This document shows positions 15,599-30,278 of a stretch of DNA of 64,000 bases, piece by piece. A program made the position numbers and the translations under genes. Numbering within the stretch: the first letter of the stretch is position 1; every line of letters begins with the position of its first letter. This stretch comes from the human T2T-CHM13v2.0 reference genome, Homo sapiens, in the NCBI RefSeq assembly GCF_009914755.1, contig NC_060930.1, one strand, 5' to 3'. A model generated the notes under the pieces. The model worked only from the letters and a program-made list of their open reading frames with translations. It was not told where the DNA came from and did not search any database.

Positions 15599-16563
15599 AC
15601 CTATTTATTTTATTTAAAATAAATTTTATTTTACTTCTTTGCATTCTTTATCACCAATTGCTACAGGAGGTCTAGAGGAAAAGGTGACAGTTTAATCTCC
15701 CATGATGTTATTCTAATTATGTTTAACAAGATGCCAATCATCTTGCAATGGTTTAATCATGATTTATATCAAACATTCTTAGTGTAGGATGTCTCCCTCC
15801 CAGCCTTTCCCTGAAATCTTGCATCAAATCAGTTGAGACTTGACATTATCTTTTCTTTTTTAAAAAGTTTCTTTTTTTAAAAAAATTCAACAAAGACAGC
15901 AAAGGGATTACTATATTAATATTACTTGGATGTTGTATCAAGTAGGTTAGAATTTGATGTACTTTTTAAATTAAAATTTCATTAACATTAAAATTTGCCT
16001 TGATTAATGGTTTTGTTTAAAAAGTTGATCTAACTTAATGAGATTTCATGTTTCTTTTTTATATTTCTGAAAAGAGTATGCCCCAAGAGGAGGATTTACA
16101 CATCTTCTTACATAGCTTTTACATCACTAAAAGCTGTATAAAAACATCAAACTTTGAATTGAAAGGCTGTACCTAAAAATGACGTCATGAAGCAAATGGG
16201 TAGAACTGGATAGGATATAGTGCTGTCTTTGTCTTTTGCTTCAGCAGCCCAAATCTAATTGTTGAATAATGTGCTTTAGAGGACAGTAGCCTCTTTCAAA
16301 CCGAAACATTACAGAAAGTTCCACCCAGGCAATGTGCTATTTCTAGTCAAGTATATGGAGACTTTACATGCAGAGAGCAGCTGTAAAGATGTTGGGATAG
16401 GAGCAACTTAGAAACCAGTTCAAATAGAAACTTAGACTTGTGTCCAAAATAGCTTTATATGAATTATAGATGTTTAATGTTCAGCCCTCCTGTAAGCAGA
16501 TATTTAAAAATAATAAATAATTTTTAGATTTTGCTCTTCTCATTTTCTCCTATTAAAAAAAAC

Positions 16564-16780
16564 CTTGGTGAAACCCCATCTCTACTAAAAATACAAAATT
16601 AGCTGGGCGTGGTGGCACGCGCCTGTAATCCCGGCTACTCAGGAGGCTGAGGCAAGAGAATCACTTGAACGAACTTGGGAGGCGGAGGTTGCAGTGAACT
16701 GAGATCGTGCCATTGCGCTCTAGCTTGGGTGACAGAGCGAGTCTCTATCTCAAAAACAAACAAACAAACAAACAAAAAAA
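16564..16780 (+). mobile_element. 5'-truncated AluS
   Basis: Begins in the left arm (ggtgaaaccccatctctactaaaaatacaaaa), full right arm, (CAAA)n tail. Confidence 0.9.
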
Positions 16781-19700
16781 CTTTTGAGTTTTAATGGCCA
16801 AATATAATCCTCAGTTTGTCAGTTACACATTATTAAGTCTTCTATGAAATCATTTCATACATTCTCTTTTGTGTTTTGGCCAGGAGTTTAGCCTGAATTT
16901 CAAATTCAGTGTGATACCTACATTTCTTATTGATTATTTGTATAAGACAAATAGTAATCAAGGAAGTTCATCTGCATTGTTTGCTTTTGAATTATGACTT
17001 AGTTTTATAGAAAAGAAATCTGTAAAACATTGTAAAATGAGATCCCTAAAAGGGACGTATTACAGAAAAAATGTTTTTGACAATTTAAAAGCTATTCCTT
17101 TCAGACAAAATTGCATATATGTAAACTATTAACATTAATTCCCAAGCAAATCAAGTTTTATTAAAAATTTTTTTGGCTCAGTTTGCATAATGGAACTAAC
17201 AGTTCATCTACTTAGAAGCTGTACAACATTGGCTGGATGGCCCTTCAGTAAAATGCCTGATGCCTTGTTCATCCTAAAAACTGAAAGTCTGGTGATTATG
17301 TTATAGGGAGAAGACAATCATTTTGATTTCTTTGAATAGAGATTCAACTCGGATTATCTTAGCGAATAACTTATAGAGTGATCTATTATCCAAACATCTC
17401 CTATTTACTTTAATTCACTATTAACCAAAAACCTGGGGTTTCTCATCTTTTCCTGGTTGAGATTTGATGGCAAAATGGCACATAGTCTTCCCATTAGATA
17501 CTCTTCTCTGGAGGAGCAATATATTTGTATCTAAAACTTTGTATTTATATTGAAATTCTAAATTGGCATTTTTTTTTGAAATTTCCCTTTCAATTTTTCC
17601 GTAAGATGGACCTCTCTATATAATTTCAGTAATCACTGGGGCTCAGTCTTCCCAGCTATCAGTGTTATTTTCATGGAGAGTGGGGAGACTATACTGTGTT
17701 ATAGTTTAGGGTTATAATAATAATATACCTATTATTATTTCAAAATGACTTTCCATAGAACATCCCTACTTGATATTCTAAATGGGATCATGGAAGGAAT
17801 CTAAGTATTAAAATAATATTTCTCTTTCTCTCAAATACCACTACAAAGCTAAATGGTAATCAAGAGCATAGAAGCAATTTTGCAGAGATTTTGAATGATC
17901 ATTCAACTGCACCTCGATAGTGAGTGGAACAGACAAATGCAGCTGAGCACACCTCTGCTCTCCAGCGACAGGGAGTGAGGTTTGCCACCATTCAAACCTC
18001 TGGGGGCACTGACAAGCTTCTATTTTTAGGTCTGTGCCTCCTATTGGAAACATGCTGCACTGTGTGCCCTGTAGACCACCCAGCCCACCCACTTTTTGTG
18101 GTTTGGCCTTCTGTAAGGCTTGCCTGCAGGTGTGCCCTTACTCACCCACCGAGAACAAGCTACTCTGCCATTTTTCTGAAGTTTAAAAATATGACTGGCT
18201 AAAAGAAGACAGTAAGCAAGTCGATTTTTATACTGTCCTGGAAAGTTATAATTATAAAGTTTGGTGAACTTCGTGAACTTTTTCAAGCATGTTTTTGCCG
18301 CAGACTTGTGATTGATGTGGAGGCCCCCTGGGGCATAGGTAAAGCAGTTGAAAGATAGGAAGTTGAGTGAGCTGTCTCTTGTACATAACCTGCCAGAGGC
18401 TCTATGAGGTTAATGCATACATTGCCTCACCCCCAGCCCAGTGCAATTTGAAATTAGATAAACATTTTGGCAATGATGTGGCAAACCGAAATTCAACCTT
18501 GCTTTTCAATAGTTCTATTAACTTTATAAAAGTAATAAGCTATTTTTTGTAAACTAAGCTGTTAGGCATCAAGAGCACGCTAAAGCAGCTGTATTAAGTA
18601 GAAAGGAGGTGATTTTTTTCCTGATGTAACCACACTCTAAATCTTCACAATCTGTCAAAGCTTGCTCTATAATTCTAAGCCAGCAATATTCAAAATAGCA
18701 CAATAAGTACTGTTAGCAAGATGTGGAAATTTTCTTGAGCAGTAGGAATGTACCCCAGAAGTCAGGATGTTTGCCGACCATTAGCTCTACTTGCATGCAA
18801 CCTGTATTGGCTGTCCCTTAGGGACTCAGACTTATGGCTCCAAAGTGGACAAATGAACACAAAGTCTCATGAACACTCAAAAAGAGCTTCTTGCTTCATA
18901 ACCCTGTGAACTATACAGGGCACTCCTTTCCTTAGTGAAGCATCATATGTCTTCATAACTTCCTTGGAAACTTTTTTGTAGTAAAGGGAAAAATTGAGGC
19001 TCTATTATGTGTCATAACCTGAATCTGCCACCCATAGTAGAGCTTTAGAGCCAAAAGGGATTTTTTTTTCTTCAGATGTGGAAATCAGAACCTCGGGGGC
19101 TAGTGACTACCTCAAGGTCACATGGTTTGCTAATGGAGGAGCCAAGACCAGAAGCCACTGTGATCTCACTTCGAACATAGCCAAATAACCACATAAGCAC
19201 GAATTACTTCAAAAGGAAGGTGATTTAGTCTGTCTTATCTGGCACAAAGTAATCACTTACTAGATGTTAGTTGTTGTTAGAGTTATTTTTATTATTTTTA
19301 TTTCCCTCCCTCTCCAGATGTTATTGTGTTTCACAACAATATGTTTTAAGGGTTTATATGGCTTGTATTCAAATTTTAAAGAAAAGATCTTGTGTAAGTT
19401 TAGGTCTGGGGAAGATCTCGAGAGAGCTTCTAGTTTAGTTTCATAATAATATTGTCCTTCCCACAGTGATTTTTTCCACAATAATAAAATATCTTTTTTT
19501 AGCTAGATCTTGTGATTTTAGCTAGAAGATAGTTTGAATAGAAGAAAACTTTTTAAAGTTCATTTTCAGAGTTTGCTGAAAAAATTAAGATCATCTGTTT
19601 CTCTTCCCCTCTCTCTCTCATTCATACATACATACTCCCCTGATACATTATACCTGAGATCTATATGAAAAGCTAACATTTTATAAATACTTTGAAAACT

Positions 19701-20992
19701 AATTCCAGTGATGAGTTAATTTAAAGCATTAGATGGATAGCATATTTAAACAAGCTGTTCATGTAAAAATGGAAATTTTTCTTAAAAAAACATTATTTAA
19801 AAAAATCTGTATTATGGAATTTTTACATCAGCTCTTATTACTAAGATGTTTACATAAAAAGTGTTCCATAAAGGGGAAAAATTATGCTGGTTGCACCTAT
19901 AATTTGCTTTGCTCCAAACCTTGGCTATTTAAACTGCTTCCATTTATGTGCACAAACCTGAATGAGTTTTTTTTATGCCCTCAAATTAAAGGCCCGTTTG
20001 GAAAACTTGAGCTAACAAGCACACTTATCCTGCCACTACCATCTTTTTCCCAATATATTCTCCCAACTTATTGGGAAGGTAAGTTTGTAAACCCAAAATT
20101 TGCTCTAGCTACTAATTTCAGGTCCTTCACCTGCACCACATAACATGGAATAAATAGGAAGCAATAACCCTCTGGTGACCATATGTAAAGACATCTAAAA
20201 GAAAACTGGACATGAAAGGAAGTAGGGGCTCAGTAAGTTAGATTAATTAATGAACAAACTAAAATATGGCTAACATGCTTTGCTATTTAATAACAACCAC
20301 AGTCACAACAACACTGAAAACTAATATTATTTAAGCATCTTACTGTGAGTCATGTATGGTCCCAGTACTTTATATAGATATCTCATTGGCTACTTTCATG
20401 TGCTCAAGAAGTTAGTTATGTGCTGTTTAGCCAGTAATGACATCATTGCCTTCATGGGTATTAGAACTATAATTAGCTTTTATGAAGCTAAGACATTCTC
20501 TACTTATGTTGGTAGTGTTTAGCAGTATTTTTCTGGTTAATGCCAACATAAACCTGTTCCACCCTGCAATGCTGCCTAGGTAATCCATATGGAAAGATTT
20601 TCTGTGACATTCTCATATGAGATGAACATAAGGTGAGTGTGTGTCTTTTAAGTTTCCTGAGTCTTTCTTTAGGTATAATAAAAGCAGATAAGATCAAAAT
20701 GAGACAAATTTTTGATGAACATAAGAGTAGTCACTTTGCTGCTTTTCTGTCTTATCATCAGCAGTTAGGCTCACTTCAGTGAATTCAGTCCTTGTAGAAT
20801 AAGTCTGCCTTGCCACTGTGACTGCTAAGTTATTTCCACAAACTGTCAGTGCAGCTTGCTAGCTTTTGTCTTTCTTCTCGTCATTTGTCAGGTCCTTAGA
20901 ATTGGGCTACAGTGATTTTTACAAGGATCTTTGTTCACTGGTAGTTTTGTATTGTTTATATAAAAAGGAGCAAGGCTTTAAAAAGTATCTGT

Positions 20993-21270
20993 GGCTGGGC
21001 CCGGTGGCTCACACCTGTAATCCCAGCACTTTGGGAGGCCGAGGAGGGCGGATCATGAGGTCAGGAGTTTGAGACCAGCCTGACCAACATGGTGAAATCC
21101 CGTCTCCACTAAAAATACAAAAATTAGCTGGGCATGGTGGCACATGCCTGTAGTCCTAACTACTCGGGAGGCTGAGGCAGGAGAATCCTTTGAACCCAGA
21201 AGGCAGAGGTTGCAGCAGTGAGCCGAGATCATGCAAGCCTGGGCGACGGAGTGAGACTCTGTCTCAAAAA
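20993..21270 (+). mobile_element. AluS
   Basis: Full dimer; TSD aaaaagtatctgt at 20980-20992 / 21268-21280. Confidence 0.92.
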
Positions 21271-21283
21271 AAGTATCTGTGCT

Positions 21284-21613
<330 letters not shown>

Positions 21614-21639
21614 TTATTTTACCTTCCCCAAACTAAAAC

Positions 21640-22750
21640 CTTTTTAGTTTCCCTACTGCTGTTGGTATACTTTCATTTTCTCTAGCATGGCTTGCAAAAT
21701 CCTGCAAAATCTTATCTCTGCCTACTTTGTCATCTTTATCTCTTATTTCTCCCCACTTTACACACGATGCTCCAGCTGAACTAAATCTTAAGTTACTTGA
21801 ACAGTCTATGCTGTCTTGTACCTGCTGACCTCACTGCCCAGGACACTCTTTTCTGTTTTGTCTCTGCCTTCCTCCTTTACTTGGCTCACTCCCAAACTGC
21901 ATATTTACATCTCAGTTTCTTGATTTGGTTAGAAATGGTACTGTTTCTATGAAGTCTAAACCCAGGCTATAGTATAGCACTGTTCTATCAGAGCAATTAT
22001 CACATTGTATGATCACAATCTACTTATTTATCTGCATTTCCAATAATCCATAGTCAGAGATTATATCTTGTACATGACTGTATTCCCAGAACCTGGCACA
22101 GTGTCAGGCAGATAAATGTTTAGTAAGTATTTATTAAGTGCGGGGATGTGGGGAGATGAGAAGAGACAGGAAGTGTGAACAGAGCTAATAAGGAGTGCTG
22201 TATATGTCAGTCAAGGGACTTGTCTTGTTGGATCCCAGAGAAGATTTGGAGGTAGAGAAAACTTACCTTCATACTAGGATATTGATAGATCTTTCTGGTA
22301 GTGATGTGGAAGATGAGTTAGTTGCAGGTGACAAGAATATTGACAAGGAGACCAAACTTTTATCCAAGAGAGAAAGGATGAGAACCTTAAACTACAGGAC
22401 CTTAAACTGTGGGAATGAGATGAGGAGCAGATTTAACAACTATGAATAAAACAAATGTCATAGCCCTTGGCAAATTATTTGAGATGGTGTGGGAGAAAGA
22501 AGAGAGAAGGGATGTTCAGAGTCCTAATTTGGGTGATGTTCATGCTGCTAACAATTATAAGGAGGATAAAAACAAATTATTTGAGGAATGATGTTTGGAC
22601 TGATGGCTCTATGGGATATCCAAGTGAAGATATTGAGTAGGTATTTGCAAAGCTAGGATATGGTGCTCAGTAGCACATGTATGTGATGAACATTTAGGTA
22701 TAATGAAGGCTTTTGTTCAGATGAGATTAGCCAGCGAGAATGAGTATATA
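21640..22750. mobile_element. L2 fragments (3' end near 22140, followed by an opposite-orientation piece)
   Basis: gtattcccagaacctggcacagtgtcaggca...taagtatttattaagtg is an L2 3'-end motif; purine-rich decayed L2 body follows. Confidence 0.55.
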
Positions 22751-23006
22751 TAAAGAAGAGCTGAACATAGAGGAGAGCTCTATTAGAGTACTGGCTTGAG
22801 GCACACTTGGTTGCAACCAACAGAAATCGACTAAAACCAAGTAAAGTAGTAGAGCAGCAGGTATAATAAGAATTATTGTCATATAATTCTAGGACAGGCC
22901 ACAAGGAACAGCTCCTACCCTTCATTACTGGATGTGGAATGGCTGGAATTAAAGCACCTCTGTTTCTCAAAAGTCTGGTTTTCTCTCATCTTTGTGCTCT
23001 ACATTT

Positions 23007-23319
23007 TCTTTTCTTTTCTTTTATTTATTTATTTAATTTTTATTGAGACACAGTTTCGCTCTGTCACCCAGGCTGGAGTGTAGTGGTGTGATCTCAGCTT
23101 ACTGAAACTCCACCTCCTGGGTTCAAGTGATTCTCCTGCCTCAGCCTCCTGAGTAGCTGGGATTACAGGCATGTGCCACCAGTCCTGGCTAATTTTTGTA
23201 TTTTTAGTAGAGATGGGGTTTCACCATGTTGGCCAGGCTGGTCTTGAATTCCTGACCTCGTGATTCACCTCAGCCTCCGAAAGTGTTGGGATTACAGGCA
23301 TGAGCCACTGCGCCCAGCC
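23007..23319 (-). mobile_element. AluS
   Basis: Reverse dimer; TSD tctacattt at 22998-23006 / 23320-23328. Confidence 0.92.
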
Positions 23320-23639
23320 TCTACATTTGCTCTCTAGCCCCTCAGCTTCCTGTATTTCCAAGTGGCCAAGGCAGCTGCTGCCTTTGAATTTCTATAATGT
23401 CATCATTCTTCTTTTTGTCATTCTCTGGTTGTGTGTGTCTCTAACTTGAAATTCTTAGAGAAAGATAGCATTTGGTTGATTGGCAAAGCCTGTGGTTTGG
23501 TTCCCTTCAGGTCAGGCGTTTACTCCTTGGACCAAGTAGTATAAAGATGACAGCAAGAGGTGTGAGAGGAGACAGATCCTCTTGGGAGAAGTTGTACCTA
23601 AGAAGATTGAGTAGCTTTTGTAGTAAACTGTTATTTAAA

Positions 23640-23780
23640 GCAGTACTTCTCAGAGTTTAACTTGCTTATTAATCATCCAAGAATTTCGTTTAAATGCAAA
23701 TTTTGTTTAGTAGGTCTGGGTTATTCTGTGCGTCAACAAGCTCTCGGATGATGCCCATGCTGCTTGTCTGAGATCCTCCG
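23640..23780. mobile_element. MER5A-like hAT-Charlie MITE
   Basis: cagtacttctca...ttaaatgcaaatt...agtaggtctgggt...aacaagctc...gatgcc motifs. Confidence 0.6.
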
Positions 23781-26419
23781 GCCAAACAGAAAGGATTGTA
23801 AAGGCAAGGGTAGCAGAGGTGGTGCTTGGAGAGGGCTGAGAGGGCAGGAAGGAAATGAGGAGAATGGAGAATTTGTGGGTAAGAGACTGTCCAGAAGCAG
23901 CGTGTGCTCAGAGGCATCCAGTGCTGGAGAGGATGAGTGAAATAAAAATGGAAGCCACTTTAGTATAAACACTGTGTGAAATTTTGTAAGTTCTTATCAA
24001 CTGAGTTCAGAGGCCTATGGATTCATGAGCAAGAAGGTCCGCAGCTGGATTAATCCAGAGTTGGGGGTTTGCAGGAAGAGAATAAGGAACTTGAATGAAT
24101 ATGTTAACCAGGAGGTAGATTTGGTGATAGACCATGCAGTTTATGTTGTTTCAAATTATTCATTGCCTTTAGATTGTTTTTTTTTTTTTAAAGCTGGAAA
24201 AGCCTCAACCATTGCTTAAGAGAGAATAGTTTCCCACGAAAATATGTGTGGGTGTGTGTACATATGCATACCCATGTGCTTGTGTGTCTAAGCCTCTTGC
24301 AAGTGATGTATATCTACATAACAGGCTGACTCTGGAATGATTTACAACAGTTCATTTGTTTGGATCTTCAGAAAGTATTATCTTTTGCAGTCAGGCATGG
24401 AATGTTCTCTTGCCAACATGATTATGGAAAGACAGAACTCAAAGTTTAAACATTAACAGTATTACAGAAGAAAGAGATGTGTTTGAGGGTGTGGTGCATG
24501 TGGGTATCTTTGGAAATTCAAAAAATTGTCAGTCTTAATGGTGCCTCATCAAGGAAACTTCAGTTCAACATCTTGTTCATTTTCTAGCAATGTCAAGCTT
24601 AATTGAACTGATTCAAGTAAGCGGTACCCTTTTGAACTCATGCTTAAGTCGTTGAAGTAGCTCCTTATTCAGGGTGTTTCCAAAGAACGTTTTGGGGTTG
24701 ACCCATTACAGAGGGAAATGAAACAATTATCCGGTTTACTCAGGAAACCATTGTTTTAGGAGGAGTGTGTGAATGAACTGGTATTCTGGCATGTCTGTCA
24801 GAAGTTCTGGTAGGGGATTGGAATGACCAATGTAACCGTGCTTTAAGAAAGACCCTCCTCAAGTGTAGAAATGCTATTTTTGAGTGCAGAGCTTGAGGAG
24901 GAGCGGTGAGGGTGGTGGGGATGCTTGCCAAGTCTGTCACATTAACAGAATCACAGATGTCACAGCCAGATTGCCTTGGATTCTATGCCATCTTGAAAAA
25001 TCTGGATAGTGGTCTGAAATCACTTAAAATAACTTACTTTGATGAAGTCGTCCATTTCTGCATATTATCAATCATTTGATAAATGCCAGCATCTAAAATG
25101 TTATTGATATTTTACATTTCAATGATGTTACATCTGACAGCAATTTACTTAGATCTGGAGAAATGGTATGTGGCTATCCTGGCTCTTTACTGACTTAGGT
25201 ATTAGAACTGATTCTAGAATTCATAGTTGCTGGCCCTTAGGTTTAATTTTTAGAAGCCACCAAGACTACTAAATATTTTAAATGTTTTTAAGCAACAAAT
25301 GAGCTTTTCATGTGTTAGAACTTAATATATCCTCATGGATAATTCAAATAATGACTGAATAAATGCAGACCAAGCAGGCAACTTAAGCTAAATTTTCTGG
25401 AGATAATTTTCACTGACCAGGTTTTTCTACAAGCTCATTAGCTGCAATTTTATATATGTTCAAATAGAGATCAAGATTTACTTAAATGAATTCATTTTGT
25501 TCACCATTTAACACAGTCTAGAAGAAGCAATTATTCAATATCATCCACAAATCTGTGTTGAAAGAAGCTAAAATTGATCTCCATTTTGATTTATCTCTTG
25601 GGATCTAAAATTCTTGTTTTAAAGAGATTTTAAAGAATAGGCATTTGGATTTTATAAAGAAGTACTTGTGGCAAAGGTAGAGTAAGAATCCAAATCTGAG
25701 ATTAAAAAAAAAACCTCACAAGTTAATGATTATTAAATCTATATCAAAATGTTATTTATCAATTGAATTAGGCTTTGGCGTGACTGGAAGACTTTTCATT
25801 ATAGATTAGAGTTTCATTGAAAAATAAACTTGTAAAAATACGCACAAGTAAATTACTGCTAAATATTTGTAAGCATAGGCAAGAACTGAGGGTGGAATTT
25901 GGTTTGTTGTTTGTTTGGATTACTTGAAAACCTTGCTTTTATAATTATATGTAAGAATATGTTACCATATCTGTCTTTGAGAACATATTGAGCCAGATGC
26001 TTTGAGTTGAGTAGCTTTTAGAATATGTGTTAATCCTGATTTTACCAATACCTCATTCAGTGGCTACTTCAGTAACCATCTAATTAGGTAGCCCTGACTC
26101 TTAAGAGAGATCAAAGTAATTACTTACTAGGCTAGCTCATAGTATAGGAATCAATTAGCAGTGATATTTGACTACTCCAAATTGGAAAATTCAAAGCACT
26201 ATATTTCATACTTCCTAATACTCTTTATTAAAATGTTTCCAAATGAGTTTCTTAAAATAGGTTTATTTTAGGGCTATGAAACTCTTTTTAAGAAATTGTC
26301 CGTTTAAAAAACGTCTCTTAAAGAAGCACTTGAGCTCACCGTTTTGTTCTGTATTTTTTGTTTAATTGTGGCAACTTTTTTTTTTTTTTCCTTAGAAGGA
26401 TACTAGGCTTACATTCAGA

Positions 26420-27060
26420 AGGGCTGGTTTGAATTTTGGTGCTACTATCAATTAGATGTGTGACTTTGTGTGAGTTATCCAATCTATATTAGCCTCATTT
26501 GTTTCCTCTAAAGATAGAGGTGGTAATAATTCTCAGGGTTATTATAATGTTAAATGAGATATATGTGAAAGCTTGTTATTGTGAATTGCTCTATAAGTAT
26601 AATGAAGAGGATGATACTGTGTCTAGCTTAACTGACATTTCATCTATTTAAGATAATTATTATTTAGTAGCACTATCTCTAAATGCTGTCTAGCCACTGA
26701 AGGTAAGAATAATATGGAAGAATGTATCAAATGTTCTTCTGAATTCATGTTATGAGTGTCATCTTTATCTTTTTTCTATCCCTCTGAGTGCCTAAGGAAA
26801 AAAGAAATTCTACTAAAGTGGTGTGCTATTTTACCTCTCTTAAAATTTTAAGGCACTAATTTTGTGTTATAGTAATTATTAATAATAGCCAACACTTAAC
26901 TAGTGCTAACTATGTCCCAGGTACAACTTCCAGGACTTTCCAATATTAATCCATGTTATCCTCCCAATAACTCTGGGAAGTGGTTGCTGTTATTATCACC
27001 AGTGTAAAGGTGGAGAAACTGAGGCACAGATAAATTAACTTGTTAAAGATTACACAGTCA
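26420..27060. mobile_element. Two MIR fragments (about 26420-26600 and 26880-27060)
   Basis: tgtgtgactttgtgtgagttatccaatct...cctcatttgtttcctc; ggagaaactgaggcacaga. Confidence 0.6.
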
Positions 27061-27096
27061 GTGTTATCAGTCAAATTTAACTTTCTTATACCCGTG

Positions 27097-27245
27097 GGTA
27101 GGCGTGGTGGCTCAGGCCAGTAATTTCAGTACTTCTGGAGCCAAGGTGGGAGGATTGCTTGAGCCCAGTAGTTTGAGGCTGCAGCGAGGGCCACTACACT
27201 CCAGCCTGGGTGACAGAGAGATACCCTGTCTCTAAAAAATAATAA
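27097..27245 (+). mobile_element. Alu monomer (FRAM/FAM-like)
   Basis: Single-arm Alu ending cactccagcctgggtgacagagagataccctgtctctaaaaaa. Confidence 0.8.
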
Positions 27246-28914
27246 TGATAATAAATTTTCTTAAACCCTTTCTTCAGGTCTTAGGGAAGAATTTGGCAAA
27301 GATAATATATAGGATAAAGGAAGTCATGCACATAACTTGGGTCTTGGATATAAAGGATGGCATCTCTTCTTGGAAAAATGATGCTGCCTGTCTGCATGTT
27401 GCGATGACAGAGGTTGTTGCTTACTTTCCTTTATATTTTTATTTTTAATCTCCAGTGCCTATAACTGGATAAATTATTGTTAATTTCCTAGGATTACTTC
27501 TGTCTCCTGAGCCCAAGGCAAAGTAACACAAAGCTGAACTTGTCAGAAAGTCCTAATCATTTCAGTCCTGTGCTGTGAGTGATATAATTGGAAGAAACAG
27601 CCCAACACCCCACCCAAAGAGATGTTCCAGAGCACATGTACTCTATCTTCTTTTCAGAATTAGAATTTGTTTGACTTGGTTATACTGCATGGAGTCTTTC
27701 TTTAATTTAGGCATGGTTCCCTTCATTTAAGCTACTCATTTGTTCATAAATTTAGCAAATTTTATTGAAGATCTCCTATGTGCCAGAGGTACTGTGCAGT
27801 GCTGGAGAGTAGAATGGCAAATATGACAGTCACACACCCTCTGCTTGTTGAGTTCACAAAGTAGTGGAAGAAGATTTACAATAAGAAAATCATCTCACAA
27901 ATGGAAGTAACACAAGTCCTCTGAATAGTGCTACAAAGCAGAGGAACATGGTGCTCCAGGGATGGATAAGAGAAAGCATTTGGCAGACACTTGATGATCA
28001 TCATTTATTTTCCATTGTCTGTCTTCGGTCTTGTACAAGATGTCAGAGACTTAGGGAGGAAGAGCAGGAGGAGGGCAAGTTAAAAAGAATGGATGGAGAC
28101 AGAGTTGGCAAAGTGAAACATTGAGTAATACAAGGTGGCCAAAGAGAAGAGAAAAACCTCACTTGAGCTGTATAAAACATCGAATTAGTCCTTGAATAAA
28201 TCACCATATCATAGAAGAATAGTAGTATTTGTAGTAACTACCATTTTTCAAGAAATGTTATTGTATATGCATTCTAGTCAACTCAGTAAAAGAGGGAGGG
28301 ATATAATAAATTTAGTTATTTTCATTAATATTTTTTAAGTATTTTATTGTTTGAAAGTTTATGTGTCCATTTAATGGCAATTTATCCAGTATTTTGAATA
28401 AATGAGATTACTGCCTTCATTTATATAAATATGTAAAAGCAATGTGAATATTAGTTGCAAAAGCATCTCTGGACAGGAAGATAGTAGACCTTGGTTTCTG
28501 ATTCCAACTGGTGGATAAATAATAATTGAGAAGAACCTAACTGTTCTCATTAGTGAAAATGGGATAATAGCATTTCCCCTGTCTACCTCAGAAGGGTTTT
28601 TCTTTACATAATTCATTCAATTAACATTTATTGTGAACCTTATACTGAGAACAAATAGTGATGAGCAAAGGAGACATGATCTTAGATCTCATAGGACTTA
28701 CATTCCATGGGAAAAACCAATGTTCATTTACAATGGGTCTTAATTTTTCCATTCCTGTGATCTGCGGTGCTATACTCTAGCATGCTCATGGCATGCTCCT
28801 TCACATCATTCAGTTGGATCTCTCCTCAAATGTCACCTCTTTGGAGAACCAGCATCGCTAACATTGATTTCAGTCTCTCTTTATCCTTTGCTTTACTTTT
28901 CTTCCCCACCTTTA

Positions 28915-29136
<222 letters not shown>

Positions 29137-29936
29137 GATTCCTTTATAGAGAGATTTTGTCTTTGCTGCTCATTGATATTGATATATATTATTTAGAATA
29201 GTGCTTGGCACATAATAGACTCACAATAAATATTTACTAAATGAATGAGTAAATGAGATGAGCCCACAAGCATATAATTACCAACTGTGACAAACAAATG
29301 GGATAAGTGAATGTATTTTCGAAACTATAAATAATCCATGTTTGCAAGGTGATGCTATTTATTTGAATTTCAGAAAAAAAATACAGTCTGCCAGAAGATA
29401 GCTCATTATTTTTTTGTATTGATAGCTTTCTATTAAATTATTTATTTTCTAAGAGTTTCTCTTCCTTTATATCTATGATTTGTAACATTGAGCACTATCT
29501 TTATGGTTCTATAACCCCCGCCACCCCAGTTCAGTTACCCTCTAGAGTAGAGATTCTTAACCTGGGTCAGTGAACCTTTGTGAAATTCGCTGTTGCCTCC
29601 TGAGGCCTCATTGTACTCCTTGAAATTGTGTGTAACGTGTGTGGCCCCTGCTCATTTTACTGGAGAGAGTTTGTATAACAGATTCTCAGACTGTATAACC
29701 TCCCAAATTTAAGAATCATTGCATTAAAATTTTTTGTTTCTCTTTTACTTTTTGTTGCTCTATTGATAATTCTTTTTCTCCTCAAGAGGGTTTCATTTTC
29801 CATTTATTTTTTATGATTGTATGTTGGTATTTTTAAATATTTACTGCTTGATTGTCGCCAGTGTGTGGTATTCTCGGTTTATTGCATGCATCTGAACCCA
29901 GCCCTTCTCTCTGTCTCTCTTTTGTCTGGCCAGCAG

Positions 29937-30278
29937 TGTGGGGATGTGCCAACTGCCGAGTGGTTTTGTCCAACCCTTCTGGGACCTTTACTTCTCCATG
30001 CTACCCTAACGACTACCCAAACAGCCAGGCTTGCATGTGGACGCTCCGAGCCCCCACCGGTTATATCATTCAGATAACATTTAACGACTTTGACATTGAA
30101 GAAGCTCCCAATTGCATTTATGACTCATTATCCCTTGATAATGGAGAGAGCCAGACTAAATTTTGTGGAGCAACTGCCAAAGGCCTATCATTTAACTCAA
30201 GTGCGAATGAGATGCATGTGTCCTTTTCAAGTGACTTTAGCATCCAGAAGAAAGGTTTCAATGCCAGCTACATCAGAG
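29937..30278 (+). CDS. ADGRG6: ADGRG6 exon 3 (342 nt, phase 1-1), CUB domain
   Basis: Translates (V)[32 protein letters not shown]...[17 protein letters not shown], recognised as the GPR126 CUB domain. Polypyrimidine tract plus CAGCAG acceptor; donor AG|GTATGT. Confidence 0.97.

Noticed and set aside
19733-20143. 136-aa + strand ORF in intron 2
   Set aside because: No domain similarity; composition reflects AT-rich intron; no exon-like boundaries identified.
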